Origin: Bacillota bacterium
GTDB taxonomy: Bacteria; Bacillota; Clostridia; Oscillospirales; Acutalibacteraceae
Length of the DNA: 43,842 bases
Reading direction: 5' to 3'
NCBI GenBank assembly: GCA_029780875.1
Contig: JAKOXU010000053.1
Location: 1 to 43,842 of the forward strand
The notes beneath the pieces are model-generated. The model saw nothing but the letters and a program-made list of their open reading frames with translations. It ran no database searches and was not told where the DNA came from. Numbering within the stretch: position 1 is the first letter of the stretch; every line of letters begins with the position of its first letter. Shown piece after piece: positions 19,199-27,131 of this stretch. The position numbers and the translations under genes were made by a program.

Positions 19199-20380
19199 AT
19201 GAATGATTCCTTCAAGTTCAAGTTACCGGGTTATGTATCTGAATGTATCGGCAAGATTGAGGGGGCAGGGTTTCAGGCTTGGGTGGTAGGCGGTTCCATC
19301 AGGGATTTGCTGCTTGGTTTGTGCCCTTTGGATTACGACATTGCCACCGATGCCCTGCCCCATCAGATTATGTCAATTTTCCCCTCGACATTGCCGATAG
19401 GGATAAAACATGGCACTGTGAGTGTTAGGGTTTCCGAAAATTATTTGGAAGTTACCACTTTCAGGTCGGAGGGCAAATATTTCGACAACCGCCGGCCTTC
19501 AGAGGTGGAATTTTTGTCGGAAATTGAAGATGATTTAGCTAGAAGGGACTTTACAATCAACGCCATGGCCTATTCGCCGACGCGGGGATTTAAAGATCCC
19601 TTTTTTGGTGAAAAAGACCTTGAAAAGGGGATTGTCAGGACCGTTGGAGACCCGCAAGAGCGCTTTGGTGAGGACGCTTTGCGTATTTTGCGGGCCTTTC
19701 GCTTTGCCTCGGTATTAAACTTTGGAATTGATGAGGACACCTCAAAAGCTGCTCTTGACATGGGAAGCACCCTTGCCAATATCAGTGTTGAAAGGATAAG
19801 GGATGAGCTTGTAAAGCTCCTTGGAGGTGCAAAGCCTTCCGTAATCGGGCCTTTGGTTGAAACGGGCGCCCTTGCATTTTTAGGAATAAAGGGCGGGACG
19901 GACCTGCGGGTTTTGGATAAAGTTGAAAATGAGCCCTATACAAGGCTTGCGGTTTTACTGTTTTTGTGCGGCGGGGAAAAGGTGGCGATGAGAAAGCTCA
20001 AACTCTCGAACAAGAATGCCCGAGAGGTGGCCGGCATACTCGATGTGCTGATGGGCTCCCTGCCAAAAAGCAAGTTTGATACAAAAAAACGGCTGCAAAG
20101 CAAAAGCCTTTACACCTTGGAAAGTGGCGTAAATGCTCGGAGTGTGCTTCTTGGGGAAGATGTGTCGGAACCTCTTTGGTGGATAAAGGAGATAGTTGAA
20201 AACAAAGAGCCCTATAAAATTTCCATGCTCAATGTCAAGGGCGGTGACCTGCTGGCGCGGGGGCTTTCCGGAAAGGATGTGGGCAGGGCTTTGGAGAAAT
20301 TGCTGGATTTAGTGCTGGAAAGGCCGGAACTTAACAATAAAGAAGATTTGTTAAGGTTGCTTGAAGAGCTGGAAATGTAG
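19199..20380 (+). CDS. cca: CCA-adding tRNA nucleotidyltransferase / poly(A) polymerase family
   Basis: Contains GGSIRDLLLG...DYDIATDA, RRDFTINAMAY and EDALRILRAFRFAS. The ATG at 19199 has a GGTGAGG SD; the ORF-track ATG at 19133 has none. Confidence 0.85.
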   Translation: MNDSFKFKLPGYVSECIGKIEGAGFQAWVVGGSIRDLLLGLCPLDYDIATDALPHQIMSIFPSTLPIGIKHGTVSVRVSENYLEVTTFRSEGKYFDNRRPSEVEFLSEIEDDLARRDFTINAMAYSPTRGFKDPFFGEKDLEKGIVRTVGDPQERFGEDALRILRAFRFASVLNFGIDEDTSKAALDMGSTLANISVERIRDELVKLLGGAKPSVIGPLVETGALAFLGIKGGTDLRVLDKVENEPYTRLAVLLFLCGGEKVAMRKLKLSNKNAREVAGILDVLMGSLPKSKFDTKKRLQSKSLYTLESGVNARSVLLGEDVSEPLWWIKEIVENKEPYKISMLNVKGGDLLARGLSGKDVGRALEKLLDLVLERPELNNKEDLLRLLEELEM

Positions 20381-20425
20381 TTATTTATTCTTTCGACGGG
20401 CAAAAGGTATCACATTGAATACATA

Positions 20426-20466
20426 CCCCCCATAAAATGTTATAGAACATTTTATGGGGGGATTTT
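20426..20466 (+). terminator. intrinsic terminator after cca, overlapping the dpaA ribosome-binding site
   Basis: A perfect 16-bp stem: CCCCCCATAAAATGTT (20426-20441) pairs with AACATTTTATGGGGGG (20446-20461), with loop ATAG. It is followed by ATTTT and then the dpaA ATG at 20467. Confidence 0.7.
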
Positions 20467-21348
20467 ATGCGTGAAGGCATTAGGTTTCTCTTGATAGGCG
20501 GTGATTTGAGGTACCGTTACCTGGCAAAGGAACTGCTTGCCAATGGGTATAAGGTTTGCGTATACGGCTTTGAAAGCGAGGAGATAGATACTTCCGATGA
20601 CTGTGGGAGCCCTTCCCTTAAGGAGGCAGTAGAGCAAAGTAATGTAATCGTGCTGCCTTTGCCAGTGACAGTGGACGGCAAGACCTTAAATGCACCTTAT
20701 TCCAATGTGCCAATTTTGATAGAGTCGCTTTTTGAGCTTATAACCGGCGATAAGCTGGTTTTGGGCGGCATTATACCGCAGGTTATAAAGGATGTGGCAA
20801 GGGAGAGAAACCTTCAGGTCATTGACTTTTTCGAAAGGGAAGAACTTTCAGTGCTCAATGCCATTCCCACTGCGGAAGGGGCGGTGGCAATCGCCATGGA
20901 GGAGTTGCCCATCACTATTCACGGCGCAAAATGCCTTGTTACAGGCTATGGGCGTGTGGGCAGGCTTATGGAAAAGACCCTCAATGCCTTGGGGGCAAAG
21001 GTTACTGTTGCCGTGAGAAGTTCAAAGGATATGGCGTGGTTAAAGGTTCACTGCACTGACAGCATGAATATCGGGCAGCTTGCCGCAGAAAACCTGTGCG
21101 ACTTTGATCTTGTAGTGAATACCGTGCCCGTCACTGTCCTGACGGAGGATGTGCTAAAGCGGTTTAAGGAGGATGTGTTGATTATAGACCTTGCATCAAA
21201 GCCCGGCGGGGTAGATATGGAGGCCGCAAGCAGGCTGGGCCTTAAAACTATATGGGCGTTGTCGCTTCCTGGAAAGGTTGCGCCCAAAACTGCGGGGATA
21301 ATTATAAAGGTTACCATACTGAACATACTTGAGGAGAGAAAGACATGA
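20467..21348 (+). CDS. dpaA: dipicolinate synthase subunit A
   Basis: 293 aa with an N-terminal Rossmann-like IGGDLR and an internal GYGRVG NAD-binding motif. It is followed by an overlapping dpaB. Confidence 0.9.
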   Translation: MREGIRFLLIGGDLRYRYLAKELLANGYKVCVYGFESEEIDTSDDCGSPSLKEAVEQSNVIVLPLPVTVDGKTLNAPYSNVPILIESLFELITGDKLVLGGIIPQVIKDVARERNLQVIDFFEREELSVLNAIPTAEGAVAIAMEELPITIHGAKCLVTGYGRVGRLMEKTLNALGAKVTVAVRSSKDMAWLKVHCTDSMNIGQLAAENLCDFDLVVNTVPVTVLTEDVLKRFKEDVLIIDLASKPGGVDMEAASRLGLKTIWALSLPGKVAPKTAGIIIKVTILNILEERKT

Positions 21349-21917
21349 ATGGCTTGACGGTAGGATTTGCAATATGCGGCTCCTTTTGCACTTTTTCAAA
21401 GGTTTTTCCCTGCCTTGAGGCCTTAAAGGAAAAGGGAGCCGATATTTATCCAATTATGTCGGAAATCGCGTACAGTACCGATACTCGCTTTGGAAAGGCA
21501 GAGGAGCACCGGGAGAAAATCACGGCTATTTGCGGACGGGGTATTATCCATACAATAGTGGATGCAGAACCGATAGGCCCCAAAAATCTGCTTGATATAT
21601 TGATTATTGCGCCTTGTACCGGGAATACCTTGGGTAAGATGGCATCGGGGATAACCGATAGCTCTGTAACTATGGCCGCAAAGGCGCAGTTGAGAAACGG
21701 GCTGCCTGTGCTCATAGCCGTTTCCACAAATGACGCCTTGGGGACTTCGGCTAAAAATATCGCCATATTGATGAACAAGAAAAATGTGTTTTTTGTGCCC
21801 ATGAAGCAGGATGACCCCGTAAAAAAACAAAACTCCATGGTGGCGGATTTTAATTTGCTGATACCTGCAATGGAACAGGCACTGATTGGCAAACAGATTC
21901 AGCCGGTAATGCAATAA
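21345..21917 (+). CDS. dpaB: dipicolinate synthase subunit B (flavoprotein-like)
   Basis: 190 aa with GFAICGSFCT and IAPCTGNTLGK motifs. Its ATG overlaps the dpaA stop (ATGA). Confidence 0.9.
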   Translation: MNGLTVGFAICGSFCTFSKVFPCLEALKEKGADIYPIMSEIAYSTDTRFGKAEEHREKITAICGRGIIHTIVDAEPIGPKNLLDILIIAPCTGNTLGKMASGITDSSVTMAAKAQLRNGLPVLIAVSTNDALGTSAKNIAILMNKKNVFFVPMKQDDPVKKQNSMVADFNLLIPAMEQALIGKQIQPVMQ

Positions 21918-21957
21918 AAAACACTACCGATATGCGTTTATATCGGTAGTGTTTTTG
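21916..21957. terminator. bidirectional intrinsic terminator
   Basis: ACACTACCGATA (21921-21932) pairs with TATCGGTAGTGT (21941-21952). It is flanked by AAAAA and TTTTT. Confidence 0.8.
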
Positions 21958-21971
21958 GATTTCAGTTAGGG

Positions 21972-22910
21972 TTAGTTAATTGACTTTTTCGGGATCAGTA
22001 CAAAGGTAACCGCAGAAAGTGCCAGAACAGCCATTAATATATAGAGAGTATTTTCGTCACCTGTTTTGGGTGGTTCGGTTATTGATCCGCTTGTTTCCTC
22101 AGATTCGTTTTTTGACTGTTGGGGGGGTTGAGATGACTCCCCTTCTTCCGGTTCGGAGGATTCATCGTTGGGTTCTTCAGAAGGCACTTCAGAAGGCTCC
22201 TCAGAAGGTTCCTCGGACGGCTCCTCAGAGGGGTCTTCGGATGGTTCCTCGGGAAATTCTGCTGCTTTGACGAGCATAATGTCATCAATTAATACTGATT
22301 CGTCGTCAACAGAGTTGTTGAACTCTAAAAGGAGCCTGAACGAATCAGATAAAATATCACTGTCAATATTGGTTATATTATTTGCATCCCAGTTTGTAAC
22401 CTTCAAAGACTCAAAGGGCATCAAGAGATATCCTACAAAGTTTTCAGGCAGTGTGAGGAAAACCCAGTTGGGATCGCCAAACGCAAAATTGATTTCAATG
22501 GTACCGTCGTCATGAATTAGGCCATAGGGAGCACCATCAAAGATTGAAATAAAGTTTTTCTGTGCATCAATAATAGAAACTTTAAGGGTATACTGGCGAG
22601 TTGTAATGGAACTTGTGTCAATCCAGAAGGATATACAATCATAATCGCTGTAATCTTCAAAGCCGTCATTAATCATAAGGTCAAGGCTGTTACATCCGTT
22701 AGTTTGGGTCATGTGGTTAACTAACAACATATCATCTTGGACTTCCAGGTAGTCAATTGACCAGGGGCTATATGCCCACAAAAGACCTTCGCCTTCCCAC
22801 AGGGCGATATCCGAAGTTTCAGCGCCGTCAAAATCCCAGATTACAACTATTTCATCGGTGTCGGCGGAAGCGCTAAAGGCAACAAGTGAAAACATCATTA
22901 AGATTGTCAA
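21972..22910 (-). CDS. cell-wall-anchored surface protein, sortase substrate with a PPKTG sorting signal; start apparently frameshifted
   Basis: The C-terminus is PPKTGD, then a hydrophobic segment, then KK, which is a sorting signal. It also has a PSEE linker repeat and an unrecognised roughly 210-aa beta-rich N-terminal domain. The annotated TTG start has no SD; see the finding at 22908-22955. Confidence 0.7.
   Translation of the reverse strand: MTILMMFSLVAFSASADTDEIVVIWDFDGAETSDIALWEGEGLLWAYSPWSIDYLEVQDDMLLVNHMTQTNGCNSLDLMINDGFEDYSDYDCISFWIDTSSITTRQYTLKVSIIDAQKNFISIFDGAPYGLIHDDGTIEINFAFGDPNWVFLTLPENFVGYLLMPFESLKVTNWDANNITNIDSDILSDSFRLLLEFNNSVDDESVLIDDIMLVKAAEFPEEPSEDPSEEPSEEPSEEPSEVPSEEPNDESSEPEEGESSQPPQQSKNESEETSGSITEPPKTGDENTLYILMAVLALSAVTFVLIPKKSIN
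22176..22259 (-). repeat. seven imperfect 12-bp tandem repeats encoding the (E/D)PSE linker
   Basis: Plus-strand units are cttcagaaggca, cttcagaaggct, cctcagaaggtt, cctcggacggct, cctcagaggggt, cttcggatggtt and cctcgggaaatt. Confidence 0.8.
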
Positions 22911-22971
22911 TAGAACTGAAATTCGCGCTGTTAGTTTTTCATAAAGTTTCCTCCTAAAATAATAATTTTTG

Positions 22972-23004
22972 AGTTAATAAGTATTTGTCTCTTACTTATT
23001 AACT
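22972..23004. repeat. perfect 12-bp inverted repeat in the surface-protein leader/promoter region
   Basis: AGTTAATAAGTA (22972-22983) pairs with TACTTATTAACT (22993-23004), separated by a 9-nt spacer. Confidence 0.6.
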
Positions 23005-23290
23005 ATAATGCCCACAAGACGCAATAATTGGGAATTTACAAGCCAATATTATACTGTTTTTACAAATAAGTCAAGCGATAAATTAACAAATTTTTAATAG
23101 TTTAGTTCATGAGTTGTTTTGGGAGAATGCAACCGCTTTAGAGGGTTCAACACTCCCTCGTTTATAGGGAAAAAAGATAAATTTGTGTTTTTATGATACA
23201 TTATTGAGTTTTGTATAACTTTACAATAGGTGTTTTTTCGGGATTATGTTTTGTAGATAGTCGAAAACTGCATAATAATGCAAATTGCTA

Positions 23291-23319
23291 TTGACAAATA
23301 TTTAAATAAGATGTATTTT
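23291..23319 (+). promoter_or_regulatory. sigma-A-like promoter of the glutamine synthetase gene
   Basis: TTGACA (23291-23296), a 17-nt spacer, then TATTTT (23314-23319). Confidence 0.55.
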
Positions 23320-23335
23320 AAAAGGTGTAGCAGCC

Positions 23336-23380
23336 AAGGCGCTGTGTGAGTGGTATCACACATCGCCTTTTCTTTGTATT
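23336..23380 (+). promoter_or_regulatory. terminator-like hairpin in the glnA leader (possible attenuator or 5' stabiliser)
   Basis: AAGGCG-c-TGTGTGA, loop GTGGTA, then TCACACA-t-CGCCTT (23336-23369). That is 13 bp with one mismatch, followed by TTCTTTGTATT. The SD AAGGAGG is at 23384-23390. Confidence 0.5.
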
Positions 23381-23398
23381 GCAAAGGAGGACATTAAA

Positions 23399-25498
23399 TT
23401 GGAAAAGTTTAATGTAACTGAAAGCTTCGGCTCGATGGTATTTAATGATGTGGTAATGCGCGAGCGGTTACCAAAAGAAACATACCGTTCCCTTAAAAAG
23501 ACGATAATTGAAGGAAAGCCCCTGGAGTATTCCGTGGCGCAGGAAGTGGCTAATGCCATGAAGGAATGGGCAATTCAAAAGGGCGCTACCCATTACTGCC
23601 ACTGGTTTGTTCCCATGACGGGCATCACGGCGGAAAAACATGATTCCTTCATTGCTCCTACCGGTGACGACCGGGTTATAATGGAGTTTTCGGGCAAAAA
23701 TCTGATTAAAGGCGAGCCCGACGCGTCATGTTTCCCTTCAGGAGGGTTGAGGGCAACCTTTGAGGCAAGGGGATATACCGCATGGGATCCCACCTCTCCC
23801 GCCTTTATAAAGGACAATAGCCTTTACATACCCACTGCATTTTGTTCATATACCGGCCAGGCTCTCGACGAAAAAACTCCTTTGCTGCGTTCCATGGATG
23901 TCATTTCAAAACAGACGGTAAGGCTGCTGAAACTCCTTGGCTACAATTCCGTAAAGCGCGTATTCCCGATGGTGGGGCCAGAACAGGAATACTTCCTCAT
24001 CGACAAGGCCTTTTATGAAAAGCGGCCCGACCTTGTGCTGACGGGCAGGACATTGATTGGTGCCATGCCTCCAAAAGGGCAGGAAGTGGAAAACCACTAT
24101 TTGGGAACCCTTAAGCAGAGGGTGTCCGACTTTATGAAGGAGCTGGATATTGAGCTTTGGAAGCTTGGGGTTATGGCAAAGACTAAGCACAACGAGACTG
24201 CCCCGGCCCAGCACGAACTGGCACCCGTTTTTACCATTGCCAATATTGCCACAGACCACAACCATTTGACAATGGAAATGATGAAGAAAATAGCGCTAAA
24301 GCACGGGCTTGTTTGCCTGCTGCACGAAAAGCCCTTTGCCGGCGTCAATGGCTCGGGCAAGCACAACAACTGGTCCCTCTTGACCGATACCGGCAAAAAT
24401 TTGTTGGAGCCCGGGGAAAATCCCGTGCACAACAAGGTCTTTTTGCTGATTTTGTGCGCTGTGATACAGGCTGTTGACGAATACAGTGATTTGTTGCGGC
24501 TGTCTATTGCCGGCCCCGGCAATGACCATAGGCTTGGCGGGCATGAGGCTCCTCCCGCAATCGTCAGCATCTATTTGGGAGATTATTTTACAAACCTCCT
24601 TGAAAATATTAGGGCGGGGAAAACCGAGGTGGTGGAGGAGAGTCAGATTCTGTCCACGGGCGTTTCCGCCTTGCCCTGCTTTGTACTTGACAATTCCGAC
24701 AGGAACAGGACTTCGCCCCTTGCCTTTACCGGCAACAAGTTCGAGTTGAGAATGCTGGGCTCTTCGGCGTCGGTGGCGGGGTGCAATACCATAATTAATA
24801 CAATTGTCGCCGACGCCATTTCCCGCATGTGCGACAAAATAGAAGCCGGCGGAGATATAGACGGAATTGTAAATGAGATTGTCAAGTCCATAATGGAAGA
24901 CCACAGCAGGATTATTTTCAACGGCAACAACTACTCCGAGGAATGGAAAAAGGAAGCCGAAAGAAGAGGTTTGCCCAACAACTACAACACCGTGGACGCC
25001 ATTGAATGTATTCTGAAAGAAAAGAATATAAAACTGCTGACAAAGCACAAAGTTTATTCTGAAGTTGAGCTGCAGTCAAGATATGAGATTTTGAATGAAA
25101 ACTATGTCAATACCATAAGGGTAGAGGCTCTTACCTTGAAAAGCATGGTCAAGGAGCAGGTGCTACCTGCCTGCGTTAAATATTTGGTCACACTGACCGA
25201 CAGCTATAACAGCGCCCAAAAGACCGGCCTCGACCTTGACATTGCCTTCCTTGAGGACAATATCAAAGCGCTTGCCGGTGATGTCGCCGAGCTTTCACGG
25301 AGACTTGGAAAGCTTGAAAAGAGCATTGAGGAGTCGGCAGAATGCGGTTTGAAGCTGCGAGACAGGGCGGTAAGCTATCGGGATAAGGTGCTTGTGGACA
25401 TGAACTCCGTCAGGGAGGTATGCGACAGGCTGGAGGGCGTGGTGGCTAAAGAATTCTGGCCCTTCCCTTCCTACTATGAATTGCTTTTTAAGCTGTAA
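23399..25498 (+). CDS. glnA: type III glutamine synthetase
   Basis: The 699-aa length and the N-terminal FGS.VFND..MRERLPKETY...L pattern fit GSIII. It also has EQEYFLID, NETAPAQHELAP and NGSGKHNNWS motifs. The start is a TTG 8 nt after AAGGAGG. Confidence 0.9.
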   Translation: MEKFNVTESFGSMVFNDVVMRERLPKETYRSLKKTIIEGKPLEYSVAQEVANAMKEWAIQKGATHYCHWFVPMTGITAEKHDSFIAPTGDDRVIMEFSGKNLIKGEPDASCFPSGGLRATFEARGYTAWDPTSPAFIKDNSLYIPTAFCSYTGQALDEKTPLLRSMDVISKQTVRLLKLLGYNSVKRVFPMVGPEQEYFLIDKAFYEKRPDLVLTGRTLIGAMPPKGQEVENHYLGTLKQRVSDFMKELDIELWKLGVMAKTKHNETAPAQHELAPVFTIANIATDHNHLTMEMMKKIALKHGLVCLLHEKPFAGVNGSGKHNNWSLLTDTGKNLLEPGENPVHNKVFLLILCAVIQAVDEYSDLLRLSIAGPGNDHRLGGHEAPPAIVSIYLGDYFTNLLENIRAGKTEVVEESQILSTGVSALPCFVLDNSDRNRTSPLAFTGNKFELRMLGSSASVAGCNTIINTIVADAISRMCDKIEAGGDIDGIVNEIVKSIMEDHSRIIFNGNNYSEEWKKEAERRGLPNNYNTVDAIECILKEKNIKLLTKHKVYSEVELQSRYEILNENYVNTIRVEALTLKSMVKEQVLPACVKYLVTLTDSYNSAQKTGLDLDIAFLEDNIKALAGDVAELSRRLGKLEKSIEESAECGLKLRDRAVSYRDKVLVDMNSVREVCDRLEGVVAKEFWPFPSYYELLFKL

Positions 25499-25519
25499 GC
25501 TTCTTTCACAGGTGCGGGG

Positions 25520-26263
25520 GTGAGTGCTTTGCTGCGGGATTGGAATGCGGAGACAGAAAAAAGGGTGGAGTTTATAAGAAACCTGCTCAAAGACAGCGGG
25601 GCAAAGGGCATCGTTTTCGGCAACAGCGGCGGTAAGGACAGCGCTCTTGTGGGGATTTTGTGTCGCAAGGCTTGTGAAAACACCTTGGGGCTCATTATGC
25701 CATGCGGCAGCAAAGTGAATTTGACTACCGACAGGGAGCACGCGCTGCTTGTGGCGAAAATGTTTGACATTATGACAGAGGAAATCGATTTGGGGCAAAT
25801 AAAGGAGCTCTTTTCCCAAAAATTAAAGGAAGTTTTCGGCGATATTTCTCCACTTGCCCTTGCAAATTTGGGCCCCCGGCTTCGTATGGCTGCCCTTTAT
25901 GCTGTGGCTCAATCGAGAGGCTGTCTGGTGGCGGGTACCAGCAATAGGTCGGAAATGACAATGGGGTATTTTACAAAGTGGGGGGACGGCGCCTGCGACT
26001 TTAATCCCATCGCAGATTTGACTGTGACGGAAGTATATGAGTTTTTAAGGTTTTTGGACGCGCCGGAAGGGATAATAAACAAGCCCCCTTCAGCCGGACT
26101 TTGGGAAGGGCAGACCGATGAAGGGGAGATGGGTATAACTTATAGGGAGATTGACGACTATTTGCTGTATGGCAAGGCAAGCCCGGAATCCATAGAGAAA
26201 ATTAAAACAGCCTTTGTCAAGACCAGTCACAAACGGGAGATGCCGAAAAAATATTCAGAATAA
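25520..26263 (+). CDS. nadE: ammonia-dependent NAD+ synthetase
   Basis: 247 aa with a GNSGGKDSALV PP-loop and no glutaminase domain. It starts 21 nt after the glnA stop with a GTG preceded by AGGTG. Confidence 0.9.
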   Translation: MSALLRDWNAETEKRVEFIRNLLKDSGAKGIVFGNSGGKDSALVGILCRKACENTLGLIMPCGSKVNLTTDREHALLVAKMFDIMTEEIDLGQIKELFSQKLKEVFGDISPLALANLGPRLRMAALYAVAQSRGCLVAGTSNRSEMTMGYFTKWGDGACDFNPIADLTVTEVYEFLRFLDAPEGIINKPPSAGLWEGQTDEGEMGITYREIDDYLLYGKASPESIEKIKTAFVKTSHKREMPKKYSE

Positions 26264-26264
26264 G

Positions 26265-26293
26265 AAACCGCGGGTCAAATACCCGCGGTTTTT
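26265..26293. terminator. bidirectional intrinsic terminator
   Basis: AAACCGCGGGT (26265-26275) pairs with ACCCGCGGTTT (26281-26291), followed by TT. Confidence 0.8.
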
Positions 26294-26362
26294 AATTAGA
26301 AATATCAGTGTTAAATTAAAATAACAAAGTCATTTGTGTTCGTTTAAGGCAATTATGTATTA

Positions 26363-27106
26363 TTAAAATATCAGAGACCTTTTAAATGGGATGGGTTCCT
26401 TTATCCTCACCCTGTTGTTTTTCAGGACATTGGCGCCGTTTTCTTTTGCGTAATTAAGGAACCATCCAAGTCCTTTCTTATCCAAAAACTGCGCAAACTC
26501 TCTATATACCGGCTTACGGGTGGAGCAATTGTGGCAGTCGGTGCCTATGAGGTGTACGAAATTGTGCTTAATGAGCTTTTGGATGAAGCATCTGTTTAGG
26601 TTGTTTATGGAACAGGTGTTTATCTGAATGAGACAGCCAAGCTCAATTAGGTCTATGATGGTGTTGGGAACTCTTTTAAAATATGAATAGTTTTCAACAT
26701 GAGATATGATTGGGATGATGTTGTAACTGTAGATTAACTGCTCGATGTTGTAAAGGGTCTGCTCAATATTTCCGGCAAGATTAAGCTCCACCAACATATA
26801 GTTGGTGTTACCGATTTTAAGACGATCTAGATCCGGGTTTAAGAACAAGTTCTTATGCAATAATACTTCCGAACCTAAGGTAAAAGAAAAATCATTATCG
26901 GCCAGTGCCTCGACTAGAGCCTCAAATGATTTATCCCTTTGGTCGACAAAGATGTCTATGCTTTCTTTTAAGCAATAATAGTGTGGTGTCAAAACTATGT
27001 CGGTAATACCCTGAGATTTTAGAGATTTAAGCATTTGAACCGATTCTTCAATTGAACTGGGACCGTCATCAATGTTTGGCAGGATATGCGCGTGAAAATC
27101 AATCAT
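26363..27106 (-). CDS. PHP-domain tyrosine-protein phosphatase (CpsB/CapC type)
   Basis: MIDFHAHILPNIDDGP at the N-terminus and TPHYY. The ATG is at 27106; an in-frame GTG lies 9 nt upstream. Confidence 0.85.
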   Translation of the reverse strand: MIDFHAHILPNIDDGPSSIEESVQMLKSLKSQGITDIVLTPHYYCLKESIDIFVDQRDKSFEALVEALADNDFSFTLGSEVLLHKNLFLNPDLDRLKIGNTNYMLVELNLAGNIEQTLYNIEQLIYSYNIIPIISHVENYSYFKRVPNTIIDLIELGCLIQINTCSINNLNRCFIQKLIKHNFVHLIGTDCHNCSTRKPVYREFAQFLDKKGLGWFLNYAKENGANVLKNNRVRIKEPIPFKRSLIF

Positions 27107-27131
27107 AATTATCACTCATAAATCTGAAATA

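Noticed and set aside
22176-22259. Regular 12-bp repeats, considered as a CRISPR-like or non-coding array
   Set aside because: The units are contiguous with no spacers and lie in frame within the surface-protein ORF. They encode the (E/D)PSE stalk.
23121-23175. Small nested stem structure (GGGAG...AACC..GGTT...CTCCC) in the long intergenic region, considered as a riboswitch
   Set aside because: It matches no riboswitch or leader class I recognise. It lies upstream of the predicted glnA promoter. The stems are short (4-5 bp).
22943-23398. Search for a TnrA/GlnR box (TGTNAN7TNACA) upstream of glnA
   Set aside because: The nearest candidates, such as TGTATAACTTTACA, have the wrong spacing, and there is no 17-bp match.
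24296-25048. 250-aa ORF antisense to the glutamine synthetase gene, together with the 157-aa ORF at 24097-24570
   Set aside because: These are shadow ORFs opposite a well-supported gene, with no start context and no recognisable motifs.
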